Source: an uncultured Planctomycetota bacterium (GTDB lineage: Bacteria; Planctomycetota; Planctomycetia; Gemmatales; Gemmataceae). From it: a stretch of DNA of 64,000 nucleotides. Below, in pieces: positions 54,657-64,000 of this stretch. The number at the start of each line of letters is the position of its first letter. The first letter of the stretch is position 1. The position numbers and the translations under genes are program-made. The notes under the pieces were generated by a model. That model was given only the letters and a program-made list of their open reading frames with translations, had not been told where the DNA came from and ran no database searches. The DNA lies in NCBI GenBank assembly GCA_963849325.1, contig CAWKHF010000007.1:608001-672000 (forward strand), written 5' to 3'.

Positions 54657-54963
54657 GAAGGAACCTCCCGGGAGGACGGAACGGACTGTTCGCCTGGCGG
54701 CGATTCTACGTTCTGATGGCGCCGATCACAAGGATCTCTTCGGGATACAAGCTCTGGCACAGCATTCGCTACATTTTCTGCTCAGCATCAAGGGTTGATG
54801 CTTCCCGGCGGTCTCTCCTGCCTCTCGGCCCGGAGGCCGACAAAGCCGCCTGGATCGTCACGGAGAATAGAAGCCGCCCTCACGGAGGGCAGCACGGGCA
54901 AGGCGCGGCGGATGTTCCGCCGTACCCAGGCTTCCTGGAACCAAGGATTTCGGAGGACGAACC

Positions 54964-55137
54964 ATGAATGGCATGATTTCCATTCTGATCGCGCTGGTGA
55001 TCGTGGGCTTTCTGATGTGGCTGGTCAACACCTACATTCCCATGGATGGGAAGTTCAAGCAGATTTTCAACGTGCTGGCCGTCGTCGTGGTGGTCATCTG
55101 GATCATTCGTTCGCTGGGCTTTATCACCGTGTTCTGA
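54964..55137 (+). CDS. Small two-TM membrane protein (Thivi_2564-like, 57 aa; not in ORF track)
   Basis: GGAGG RBS; MNGMISILIALVIVGFLMWLVNTYIPMDGKFKQIFNVLAVVVVVIWII. Confidence 0.8.
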   Translation: MNGMISILIALVIVGFLMWLVNTYIPMDGKFKQIFNVLAVVVVVIWIIRSLGFITVF

Positions 55138-55155
55138 TGCACGTTCCCGATGCCT

Positions 55156-55222
55156 CGTTTAGCCGCGACGCGCAGCGGAGCGCGGGAATCTCCCGCGCTC
55201 CGCTGCGCGTCGCGGCTAAACG
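55156..55222. repeat. REP-like palindrome family D between convergent genes
   Basis: CGTTTAGCCGCGACGCGCAGCGGAGCGCGGGA...reverse complement. Confidence 0.88.
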
Positions 55223-55232
55223 TGGACGTCCC

Positions 55233-55805
55233 TTAAAGGTGCTTGCCGGGCGCCTTGCCGAACAGGCGAAAGCCGCGCCGCCGCTGCGCGCTGTAGCGCG
55301 CCAGCGCCTCCTCGACGATCGGCAGCGTCGCCGACGCCGCCTGCATCTCGTCCACCTCGACCGCCTTGCCTTCCAGCAATTTGTAGTCCTGAAAGAAGCG
55401 GCGCAGCATGGTCAACCGATGGGCCGGTAGTTCGTTGGCGTCGCGGAAGCCGTTGTATTCCGGATCGTCCACGGCCACGGCCAGAACCTTGTGGTCCTTC
55501 TTGCCGCTGTCGATCATGGTCATCAGCCCGATGGCCCGTGCGCTGACCAGCGTCAACGGGGCGACCGCTTCCTGACACAGCACCAGGACGTCCAGCGGAT
55601 CGTCGTCCTCGGCCAGGGTCTGCGGGATGAAACCGTAGTTGGCCGGGTAGTACACCGCCGAGTACAGAATGCGGTCCAGCCGCAACATGCCCGTCTCTTT
55701 GTCCAGCTCGTACTTGACGCTGGAACCCATCGGAATCTCGATGACGGCGGTGAATTCGCTGGGCAAGCGTTCGCCGGGCGTCACATCGTGCCATGCGTGC
55801 GTCAT
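55233..55805 (-). CDS. ppa: Inorganic pyrophosphatase (family I)
   Basis: [32 protein letters not shown]. Confidence 0.95.
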   Translation of the reverse strand: MTHAWHDVTPGERLPSEFTAVIEIPMGSSVKYELDKETGMLRLDRILYSAVYYPANYGFIPQTLAEDDDPLDVLVLCQEAVAPLTLVSARAIGLMTMIDSGKKDHKVLAVAVDDPEYNGFRDANELPAHRLTMLRRFFQDYKLLEGKAVEVDEMQAASATLPIVEEALARYSAQRRRGFRLFGKAPGKHL

Positions 55806-55822
55806 TGCGCCAACCTTCTTTT

Positions 55823-55898
55823 AGGGACTAGGGAATAGGGACTAGGGACTAGAGAAGAAGGAATCTCTCTAGTCCCTAGTCCCTATTCCCTAGTCCCT
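55823..55898. repeat. Heptamer (TAGGGAC) tandem arrays in inverted orientation (family F)
   Basis: AGGGACTAGGGAATAGGGACTAGGGACTAGAGA...TCTCTAGTCCCTAGTCCCTATTCCCTAGTCCCT. Confidence 0.9.
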
Positions 55899-56024
55899 TT
55901 TCTACAAAGCCGGCTTTGCGCGGCGACATTAGCGCCAAAGTCCGTAGAAAAGACGTGACGACAGGATGTAATTTCGGGTAAGGTCGGTGCCGCCCCCTCC
56001 GCACTCTCCGAGAGGACCTGACGG

Positions 56025-56651
56025 ATGCGTTTCAGCTTGATCCCGCGCGAAGAGAAGTTTTTCGACCTGTTCGACGAGGCGTCCGCCTTGCTCAACCGGG
56101 CGGCGGACAAGTTCCTGGCCATGGTGACGCAGTTCGACCACCTGGCCCAGCGCAGCCACGAAATCAAACAGGAGGAGCACGCCTGCGACCAGGTGGTCGG
56201 GCGAATCATCCAGGCGCTGGACCGCACCTTTATCACGCCGATGGACCGCGAGGACATCCACACGCTGGCGACGCGGATGGATGACGTGCTGGACAACATG
56301 GAGGAGACGGCCCATCGTTTCGTGGCCTTTCGCATCGAGAAGCCGACGCCGGCGGCCGAGGCGATGGCGCGCATCATTCACGAGTGCTGCCAGCACGCCA
56401 CCGCCGCCGTTTGCCTGTGCCGCGACATGAAGGACATCGACGCCATCCAGGGCCATCTCCGCGAAGTGACGCGCCTGGAGAACGAGGCCGACGACATTTA
56501 CCGCGAGAGCGACAGCGCCCTGTTCGCCGACCCGCCGGACATCCTGCTGCTCATCAAGTGGCGCGAGTTGTACGGTTGGCTGGAGGAAACGGTCGATGCT
56601 TGCAAGACGCTGGCCATGATCGTCTCGGAGGTCGTGATTAAAGGGAGCTGA
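56025..56651 (+). CDS. DUF47 family phosphate transport regulator
   Basis: PREEKFFDLF, TFITPMDREDI, LENEAD; adjacent to pit. Confidence 0.9.
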   Translation: MRFSLIPREEKFFDLFDEASALLNRAADKFLAMVTQFDHLAQRSHEIKQEEHACDQVVGRIIQALDRTFITPMDREDIHTLATRMDDVLDNMEETAHRFVAFRIEKPTPAAEAMARIIHECCQHATAAVCLCRDMKDIDAIQGHLREVTRLENEADDIYRESDSALFADPPDILLLIKWRELYGWLEETVDACKTLAMIVSEVVIKGS

Positions 56652-56652
56652 C

Positions 56653-57708
56653 ATGCATTTCCTGGAGTCCGCCGCCGCCAACGTGGGGACGGTGCCCTGG
56701 GGCCAGCTTCCCGCCGTCGTTTGGTTGCTGATCGCCCTGGCGCTGCTGTTCGATTACCTCAACGGCTTCCACGACGCGGCCAACTCGGTGGCGACGGTGG
56801 TGTCCACGCGCGTGCTGTCGCCGGGCGTGGCCGTCTTGTGGGCGGCGTTCTTCAACTTCGTCGCCTTCCTGCTGTTCCACCTTAAGGTGGCGGCGACGAT
56901 GGGCAAGGACATCATCGACCCGGCCATCGTCGATAACCGCGTCATCGCGGCCACGCTGATCGCCGCCTGTTTCTGGGACGTACTGACCTGGTACTGGGGT
57001 TTGCCGACGAGTTCGTCGCATGCCCTGATCGGCGGCCTGGTCGGCGCCGGCCTGGTCCAGAGCGGCTTGAGCGCCCTGCGCTGGGACGGCATCGGTAAGA
57101 CGTTGGCCTTCATCGTCCTGGCGCCGCTGATCGGAATGATAACCGGCCTGGCGATCGCCGTGCTGGTGGCGTGGTTGTTCCGCCGGGCGTCGCCGCGGCG
57201 CGTGGACCAGCTGTTTCGGCGCGGCCAGCTGTTGTCGGCGTCGCTGTACAGCCTCGGCCACGGCGGCAACGACGCGCAGAAGACGATGGGCATCATTTTC
57301 GTGCTGCTGATCGCGGCCAGCCGAAATGGTGCGTCCTTCGCCGCGCCGGCGGAGGTGCCGACCGAGGTCGTGCTGGCCTGTCACACGGCGATGGGCCTGG
57401 GGACGCTGTGCGGCGGCTGGCGCATCGTCAAGACGATGGGCCAACGCATCATCCGCCTACGTCCGGTGGACGGCTTCTGCGCCGAGACCGGAGCGGCGGT
57501 GACGCTGGGACTGACCATCTTCGGCGGCGTGCCGGTGAGCACGACGCACACCATCACCGGAGCCATCGTCGGCGTCGGCTCGCTGAGGCGTCTCAGCGCC
57601 GTGCGCTGGGGCGTCGCCGGCCGCGTCGTCTGGGCGTGGATCTTGACCATCCCCGGCACGGCGTTGGTGTCCATGATTTGCTGGTGGCTGCTGGCATGGC
57701 TGGGTTGA
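56653..57708 (+). CDS. pit: Inorganic phosphate transporter (PiT family)
   Basis: NGFHDAAN, PTSSSHA, HGGNDAQK, PVSTTH. Confidence 0.93.
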   Translation: MHFLESAAANVGTVPWGQLPAVVWLLIALALLFDYLNGFHDAANSVATVVSTRVLSPGVAVLWAAFFNFVAFLLFHLKVAATMGKDIIDPAIVDNRVIAATLIAACFWDVLTWYWGLPTSSSHALIGGLVGAGLVQSGLSALRWDGIGKTLAFIVLAPLIGMITGLAIAVLVAWLFRRASPRRVDQLFRRGQLLSASLYSLGHGGNDAQKTMGIIFVLLIAASRNGASFAAPAEVPTEVVLACHTAMGLGTLCGGWRIVKTMGQRIIRLRPVDGFCAETGAAVTLGLTIFGGVPVSTTHTITGAIVGVGSLRRLSAVRWGVAGRVVWAWILTIPGTALVSMICWWLLAWLG

Positions 57709-57765
57709 GTTCTGAGTTCTGAGTTCTGAGTTCTGAGTTCTGTTTTCACTCAGAACTCAGAACTC
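57706..57765. repeat. Heptamer TGAGTTC x5 with inverted GAACTCA units (family G)
   Basis: Counted directly; the first unit supplies the pit stop codon. Confidence 0.9.
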
Positions 57766-57784
57766 GACTCCATAGGAGGCACAC

Positions 57785-59170
57785 ATGGCACACGGGGGGA
57801 CATCGACGGGTGTATCGCAGGCGCCGCCGCTGGCGATGGGAGTGCGTCTCAACCTGTCGGTGATGATGTTCCTGCAGTTCGCCATCTGGGGTTCGTGGTT
57901 CGTCGTCTTCTATCCCTATCTCAAAGGCCGAGGCTTCTCCGACGAACAGGCCGGCGCCCTGGTGGGCAACGTGGCGCTGGGGGCCATCCTCTCGACGCTG
58001 TTCGCCGGCTACATCGCCGACCGTTTTTTCGCCAGCGAACGCATGATGGCCGTGCTGCACCTCGTCGGCGCCGGCCTGCTGTACTGGATGGCGCAGGTCC
58101 AGAGTCCTCGGGAATACTGGCTGCTCTTTGGCGTGTCGCTGGCGTACTCGTTGCTCTACAACCCGACGCTGGCCCTGGCCAACTCGATCGCCTTTCGCCA
58201 CATCCCCGACGCCACCCGCGATTTCCCCAGCATCCGCGTGCTGGGAACGCTGGGTTGGATCGCGGTCGGCTTCCTCATCGACGCCCTGTTCTCCTCCGGC
58301 GAGACGACGGCCGCCTCCAGCAATGGACCACTCCTGTTGGCGGCGGGGCTGTCGGCGGCGCTGGGCGTGTACAGCCTGCTTCTGCCGCACACACCGCCGA
58401 CCGCCAAGGCCGGCGACGCCATTCCCTTCCTCAAGGCCGTGGGACTATTCAAGGATTTCTCCTTCGCCGTGTTCTTCCTCGTCTCCTTCGTCATCACCAT
58501 CGTCCTGGCCTTCTACTACACCAACACCGGCGACTTCTTGCAGCAGGCGGCCGGCGTCAAGCGTCTCGGCTCGACCATGCTGATCGGCCAGGTTTGCGAG
58601 CTGATCTTCCTGCCCTTGTTGCCGTTCTTCCTGTGGCGGTTGGGCATGAAGTGGGTGCTGGCCCTGGGCATGTTGTGCTGGGGCGTCCGCTATGCCCTGT
58701 TCGCGCAGGGCGGACCGGAAGGGCTGCCTTTCGTTCTGGTGCTCACCGGGGTGGCCCTGCACGGTTTCTGTTTCGATTTCTTCTTCGCGGCCGGCTTCAT
58801 CCACGTCGATAACGAGGCGCCGCGCGACATCCGGGCCAGCGGGCAGGCGATGTTCAGTTTTCTGACCTATGGCGTCGGCATGTGGCTGGGCAGTCTGTTG
58901 GCCGGCAAACTGGCCGGGATGTATACCACCGAGACGGTCAACGCCGCCGGCCAGGCGGTCAAGGTGATCGACTGGTATCACTTCTGGCTGATCCCCAGCA
59001 TCGGCGTGCTGGCCTCGCTGACGGTCTTCGTCCTCTTCTTCCACATACGGCAACGGCCGGCCAGGCCGGCGGAGAAATGGGGAGCGTCCACGGCGCCGGG
59101 CAACGCGGACATCTACAGCGCCGAACACCAGGCCCGCATCCAGTCGGGAGAGGCCGGCATCGATACCTGA
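57785..59170 (+). CDS. MFS transporter, nucleoside:H+ symporter family
   Basis: MMFLQFAIWGSW, ADRFF, RVLGTLGWI, LHGFCFDFFF. Confidence 0.9.
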   Translation: MAHGGTSTGVSQAPPLAMGVRLNLSVMMFLQFAIWGSWFVVFYPYLKGRGFSDEQAGALVGNVALGAILSTLFAGYIADRFFASERMMAVLHLVGAGLLYWMAQVQSPREYWLLFGVSLAYSLLYNPTLALANSIAFRHIPDATRDFPSIRVLGTLGWIAVGFLIDALFSSGETTAASSNGPLLLAAGLSAALGVYSLLLPHTPPTAKAGDAIPFLKAVGLFKDFSFAVFFLVSFVITIVLAFYYTNTGDFLQQAAGVKRLGSTMLIGQVCELIFLPLLPFFLWRLGMKWVLALGMLCWGVRYALFAQGGPEGLPFVLVLTGVALHGFCFDFFFAAGFIHVDNEAPRDIRASGQAMFSFLTYGVGMWLGSLLAGKLAGMYTTETVNAAGQAVKVIDWYHFWLIPSIGVLASLTVFVLFFHIRQRPARPAEKWGASTAPGNADIYSAEHQARIQSGEAGIDT

Positions 59171-59249
59171 TCCGCAAGCGATCCTTGTCTGCGGGTCGAT
59201 GATATGCTTTCCTTGTGGTATCCTCGCACCTCGGGGAAAGAGAACGCAT

Positions 59250-59855
59250 ATGCGGACCCAGATACGAATTGTGGCCGGCTCGCTGCGCGGGCGCAAGCTG
59301 ACCTGCACCGTCAACGCCAACCTTCGTCCCACGCCGCAGAGGGTGCGCGAGTCGCTGTTCAGCATCCTCGGCAACGCCGTGCCGGGCCGCCCCTTCCTCG
59401 ACGTCTTCGCCGGCACCGGCGTCGTCGGACTTGAAGCCCTCAGCCGCGGCGCCGCCGCCGTCCTCTTCGTCGAGCGCGACTTTCGTCTCATCGCGGACCT
59501 GGAACGGCACATCGAGGCGTTCGGCGTCGCCGGCCAGGCACGCATCGCCCGCAGCGACGTGTACCGCTGGGGCGAACGCTGGCAGGCACCGGACGAACCC
59601 GTCACCTTCTTCCTGAGTCCTCCCTTCGCGGACTACGAGCGCCGTCCGGACGACCTGCTGAAGCTGGCGGCCCTGCTGCAACAGAAGGTCGCGGACGGCT
59701 CGGTGATCGTCCTGCAAGCGGAGGAGGCGGCGGTGCTGGACGAATTGCCGGCCCGCACCGAATGGGATGAACGCCGTTACGGCCGCAATCGCCTATTGAT
59801 TTGGGTCAAGAATGAACCGCCAAGGTGCCAAGATCGCCAAGAGGAAGAAGAGTAA
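59250..59855 (+). CDS. rsmD: RsmD family RNA methyltransferase
   Basis: RIVAGSLRGRKL, RPT..RVRESLF, DVFAGTG, SPPF, RRYG. Confidence 0.88.
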   Translation: MRTQIRIVAGSLRGRKLTCTVNANLRPTPQRVRESLFSILGNAVPGRPFLDVFAGTGVVGLEALSRGAAAVLFVERDFRLIADLERHIEAFGVAGQARIARSDVYRWGERWQAPDEPVTFFLSPPFADYERRPDDLLKLAALLQQKVADGSVIVLQAEEAAVLDELPARTEWDERRYGRNRLLIWVKNEPPRCQDRQEEEE

Positions 59856-59872
59856 TAAAAGCTTCTAACATG

Positions 59873-60026
59873 CTGGGCGAACGGCCGGCGTTAGCCGGCT
59901 GGTGAGGGTTTGTTCTGGGCGAACGGCCGGCGTTAGCCGGCTGGTGGGGGGGTTGTTCTGGGCGAACGGCCGGCGTTAGCCGGCTGGTGGGGGCTTGTAC
60001 CAGCCGGCTAACGCCGGCCGTTCGCC
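59873..60026. repeat. BIME-like cluster: three direct + one inverted GGCGAACGGCCGGCGTTAGCCGGCTGGT
   Basis: 42-43-nt period with short similar linkers. Confidence 0.9.
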
Positions 60027-60060
60027 ATTCTTGGCGGTTCTTTTTTGAAAGAGGGAGTGC

Positions 60061-61469
60061 ATGGCCGCAACTCCGAGCGAGCGCGACTTCGCCCTCGACG
60101 TGGTTCGTCGTCTGCGCGACGCCGGCCATGAGGCGCTGTGGGCCGGCGGCTGCGTCCGCGACGAGCTGCTCGGCCTCCCTCCCAAGGATTACGACGTCGC
60201 CACCTCCGCTCATCCCGACGAAGTGTGCCGCCTGTTCCGCCGCACCATCGCCGTCGGCAAAAGCTTCGGCGTCATCGAAGTGCTCGGCCCCCGCACGTCG
60301 GCCGGCCCGCTCCGCGTCCAGGTCGCCACGTTCCGCATCGACGTCTACGGCGAGGACGAGGACGGCGAGGAACTCGATGGCCGGCACCCCCGCGCGGTCG
60401 TGTTCACGTCGGCGCGCGAGGACGCCCTGCGCCGCGACTTCACCATCAACGGCATGTTCTTCGACCCGCTGGAGGACCGGCTCATCGACTACGTCGGCGG
60501 TCAGGACGACCTGCGTGCCCGCGTTCTCCGCGCCATCGGCGACCCGGCTCAGCGCTTCACCGAGGACAAGCTGCGCATGCTCCGCGCCGTGCGCATGGCC
60601 GCGCGTTTCGAACTGGAGGTCGAGCCGGGGACGGCCGAAGCCATCCGCCGAATGGCCCCGCAGATTCACGCGGTCAGCGCCGAGCGCATGGCGGACGAGC
60701 TGCGCAAAATGCTGGTCGATCCGCACCGGGCGCACGGCATGCGTCTGTTCATGGACCTGGAGCTGGCCCAGCCGATCCTGCCGGAACTGCTGCCGATGAA
60801 GGGTCTGCCGCAGGGACTGCCGCGCCCAGACGCGCCGGCACTGCCGCCACCGGGCCAGCCTGGTCCCACCTCGGCGTGCGAAACCGACCTGTGGGAACAC
60901 GTCCTGCGCGTGCTCGATCTGCTGGGACCGGCACCGTCGTTCCCGCTGGCGATGGCCGCCCTGCTGCACGATGTCGGCAAGCCGCGCACCGTCGGCCGAA
61001 CGCCGGATCGTTACACCTTCTATTATCACGAGCACGTCGGCCGGCGCATGGCCGGCGAGATCGGCCTGCGCTTGAAGCTCTCCAACGACGAGCTGGAGCG
61101 CATCGAATGGCTGGTCGAGAAGCATCAAATCCTGTGTGACGTGCGCAGATGCGCACGAGCAAGTTCAAAACGCTGCTAATCCATCCCGGCATCCGCGAAC
61201 TGCTGGAGCTGCACCGCGCCGACGCCGTGGCGTCCGGCCGCGATACGGCCCACGTCGCCTATTGCGAGCAGTTGCTGCGCGAGTGGTCGATGGAAGACCT
61301 CGATCCGCCACGGCTGATCACCGGCCACGACCTGACCCGATCCGGTCTGGAACCGGGGCCGATCTTCAAGAAGCTGCTTGAAGCCGTGCGCGAGGCGCAG
61401 CTGGATGGGACCATCTCAACGTCGAAGGAGGCGTGGGAGATGGTACATCGTTTGCTGTCCGAAACGTGA
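60061..61469 (+). CDS. cca: CCA tRNA nucleotidyltransferase/poly(A) polymerase family with HD domain; frameshift ~61147
   Basis: GGCVRD, DYDVAT, RRDFTIN, EDKLRMLRAVR, LHDVGK. Confidence 0.9.
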
Positions 61470-61517
61470 GCGGCTGCGAGCCGCCGCGAAACCGAGCCGA
61501 CTCACGGAGAAATCCTC

Positions 61518-63347
61518 ATGTCGCGCACCGTCCCCACGCAATCGACGTGTCTTCTTCTGCTGGTTCCGTGCTTGCTGTCGTTGACCCTCGCCGACCGCGC
61601 GACGGCCGCGGCGCCGCCCTTGAAGGATCTGACGCCGGCCGTGCGGGCGCGCATCGATCGACTGGCCGAGAAACAACCGGGGGAATCGCCGAGCCAGCAA
61701 AAACAGAACGCGGCCGGCGACATTTCCCTGTGGGCACTCGGCCATCTCGACCTGGCTCCCGAAGAGGAACTCGAACACGCGCGAACCGTGCGCAAGGAGA
61801 TTCTGAGCCGGCAGAAAACCGTGGCCACGCCGGAGGCGGCGCAGCGCGTCTTTCGCAAGCTCCTGGACAACCTGCCGCCGTATCTGAAGCCGGACGCCTT
61901 CGAGTACACACTGATCGTGCTGGAACAACCGCAAGCCAACGTCTACACGGTCGGCGGCGGATTGGTGTACGTCAGCCGGCCCTTGCTCGACGCACTGCTG
62001 GCGGATCGACAGCGCGGGGAGGCGGCCCTGTCGTTCGTGTTGGCCAACCAGCTCGGCCACATCGGCCTGCAACACTGTCGCCGCGGTTGGCAGTCGTTCG
62101 AACTGGAAGAGGAGATCAAGAAGGGCATCGAGCTGCACATCGCCCGCCAGCGCCTGCGCGAGGCGCTGCAAACCGGCGTCGAGGCGGCCGGCGATCGCCT
62201 GAAGTTTCTGTACTCGCGCCGGCAGACGTATGACGCCGATCTGTTCGCCTGGCAGCTGTGTCGCAATGCCGGCATCGCCCTCGATTCCGCCCTGGACGGC
62301 CTGCGCTGGCTGGCCGTCGTCGAGCACCCGCGTCTGCGAACGGACGAGGCGTATCGACCGGACACCGACGCTCCCGGCCTGGAAGGACCGACCGCGCCGC
62401 CGGCCCTGCTGCGCCTCAAACACCTGCTTCTGGAACGCGACGGCCGGATTGGCGACGAGGACAATAAGTACGGCCTTTTCCTCTGGGATGCGCAGCGCGG
62501 CTCGTTTCAGCACTGCGAGCGGCAAGCGCTCGCCGCCGGTGATCGGCCCATCGTCTTCGTCCACGGCTTCCGGGGCAGCATGCAGACCTTCCGCGACTAC
62601 TTGCGGGCCTGCTCGGAGCAGCCCGAGCTGCGCGACCGCAAGCTGCTCGTCTTCCGCTACCCCAACAACGAGAGCCTGGGACGCTGCGGTCATTTCCTGC
62701 TCAACGAGATGCGGCGCGTCGTCGCCGCGCCGGAGAAGGCCGTCTTCGTCTGCCACAGCGCCGGCGGCCTCGTCTTCCGCTGCTACGCCGAGATCCACAA
62801 GGGGCCGTTCGATCGGGCCGTCCTGCTGGCCACGCCGAACGAGGGCACCAGCCTGACGTCGCTGAAATACCTCGCCGATCTGATGGCGCTCGTGGACGAG
62901 CGGCGGATGGATGGACCGGGTGCCCTGGCGCGCATGATCCCCGAGGGACAAGGCCAGATCATCCACGACGTACATCCCGAGAGCCTGTTCCTGTGTCACC
63001 TGGGCCACAACGCCGAGATGGCGAAGCGCTATCACGTCTTCTCGGGAGAGTGCCTGACCCGCATCCAGGTGGTAGCGCTGGAGGCGGCGGTCGTGGCGGC
63101 GAAACGAGTCCTGATGAACCGGCTGCTGCCGCGCATCGAGGCGCCGGCGCTGCGACGACAGGCATTGCGGCGGGTGGAGCGATGGCATCTGCCCCGCGAG
63201 ATTTCGCACGGCGACCTGGTGGTATCGGTTCGGAGCGCCCTGCTCCAGGACGCCGGCCATTCGACGCGCACTGCCCTCAACCACGAGGAGTTCAAGACCG
63301 ACGAGCGGGTGATCCGCGACGTAATGGAGTCGATCCAGGCGAAGTGA
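61518..63347 (+). CDS. Secreted M48-like (degenerate) + alpha/beta-hydrolase fusion
   Basis: NVYTVGGGLVYV, LSFVLANQLGH; FVHGFRG, CHSAGG, LATPNEGT, GDLVV, C-terminal His. Confidence 0.75.
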   Translation: MSRTVPTQSTCLLLLVPCLLSLTLADRATAAAPPLKDLTPAVRARIDRLAEKQPGESPSQQKQNAAGDISLWALGHLDLAPEEELEHARTVRKEILSRQKTVATPEAAQRVFRKLLDNLPPYLKPDAFEYTLIVLEQPQANVYTVGGGLVYVSRPLLDALLADRQRGEAALSFVLANQLGHIGLQHCRRGWQSFELEEEIKKGIELHIARQRLREALQTGVEAAGDRLKFLYSRRQTYDADLFAWQLCRNAGIALDSALDGLRWLAVVEHPRLRTDEAYRPDTDAPGLEGPTAPPALLRLKHLLLERDGRIGDEDNKYGLFLWDAQRGSFQHCERQALAAGDRPIVFVHGFRGSMQTFRDYLRACSEQPELRDRKLLVFRYPNNESLGRCGHFLLNEMRRVVAAPEKAVFVCHSAGGLVFRCYAEIHKGPFDRAVLLATPNEGTSLTSLKYLADLMALVDERRMDGPGALARMIPEGQGQIIHDVHPESLFLCHLGHNAEMAKRYHVFSGECLTRIQVVALEAAVVAAKRVLMNRLLPRIEAPALRRQALRRVERWHLPREISHGDLVVSVRSALLQDAGHSTRTALNHEEFKTDERVIRDVMESIQAK

Positions 63348-63383
63348 GCAAAAAACCCGAGTTAAATCGGTGTTTATCTGTGT

Positions 63384-64000
63384 TCATCTGTGGTTCATTA
63401 CCTGTCTTTTGCGGTTTTCCAGGATTTCTTCCGCGGCCCGCGCACGCGTGGCTACACCGGGTTGAGGAAACAGTCCGCCCCCGAGGATGAGGGCCGCCAG
63501 GGTCAAGACAGCGAACCGCTCCCGAGGCCTGATGCCCAGCGACACCGTCGAAACGTGGCGGGCGCCGGTGAAGAGGAGAAAGTAGGCCCGCACCACGGCA
63601 ATTCCATTGAGGGCGGCCGCGGCGATGACGGCCAACCCAAAGGAGAGGTTGACGTCGACCGTCCCGTCTACCAGCAGCTCGGTGGAGATGAACCCCAGCG
63701 TTCCGGGGAAGCCTACGCTGGCCAGGCCCGTCAGCAGAAAGCAAACCGCCAGGGTCGGCGAATGATTGTACAGGCCGCGGTACGCGGTCAGCGACAACCG
63801 GCCGAACCGCGATTCCAGAGCGCGGAGAGTCAGCCCGAACCCCCCCAGGGAGAGCATGACCGAAAACCACAGACACAGCGCGCCGGTCACGGACAAAACG
63901 GAGTGCAGTTCCAGCCCGACCAGCACCAGCGACGCATGGCTGAGAAACAGATAAGCGAAAAAGCGACGTGCCTCGCGCTGGACGACGGCCATCCCCGCGG
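63384..64000 (-). CDS. Proton-conducting membrane transporter subunit (NuoM/NuoL-like), 5' part outside window
   Basis: [17 protein letters not shown]; multiple TM helices. Confidence 0.8.
   Translation of the reverse strand, partial: AGMAVVQREARRFFAYLFLSHASLVLVGLELHSVLSVTGALCLWFSVMLSLGGFGLTLRALESRFGRLSLTAYRGLYNHSPTLAVCFLLTGLASVGFPGTLGFISTELLVDGTVDVNLSFGLAVIAAAALNGIAVVRAYFLLFTGARHVSTVSLGIRPRERFAVLTLAALILGGGLFPQPGVATRARAAEEILENRKRQVMNHR

Noticed and set aside
59873-60026. CRISPR-like direct repeats
   Set aside because: Linkers are only ~10-14 nt and similar to each other, the last unit is inverted and there are no cas genes. It is a REP/BIME-like cluster.

Overview
GC-rich bacterial chromosomal segment, inferred to be Planctomycetota (Gemmataceae-like). 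The evidence is an ECF sigma-WD40 fusion, two PVC-type CxxCH heme-binding proteins, an LEDR-xxPS extracellular motif, H4MPT C1-transfer genes and abundant palindromic repeats. Many conserved genes carry single-base frameshifts, probably long-read assembly errors. Main blocks in order: FGE-family gene + sulfatase; C26 peptidase-like gene + anmK-like gene; ECF-WD40; a divergent SF1 helicase operon; a transglutaminase-like gene; an Ig-like surface protein with tandem repeats; a methanopterin/methylofuran C1 cluster (orfY-mch-orf5-orf7, with queD/PTPS-like and orf17/hisA-like genes nearby); a lower-GC Dam-like MTase + SacI-family REase pair; a PVC heme protein; a REC-PAS-PP2C gene; nif3; TIGR01777; tmRNA. 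The tmRNA is followed by a decayed ~5 kb defence-type island: integrase-like remnant, DrmB fragment, QueC-like fragment + intact XRE/ImmA-IrrE peptidase + PIN-like gene, and an IS66 remnant, most of it bracketed by an exact 81-bp direct repeat. After it come a ceramidase-like/serine-hydrolase fusion, a giant PVC heme protein, ppa, DUF47-pit, an MFS transporter, rsmD, cca, a pseudo-M48/alpha-beta hydrolase fusion and a partial NuoM-like gene. At least ten distinct palindromic repeat types occur, three copies sitting in frame inside proteins. All family calls are from motif recognition, not database searches.
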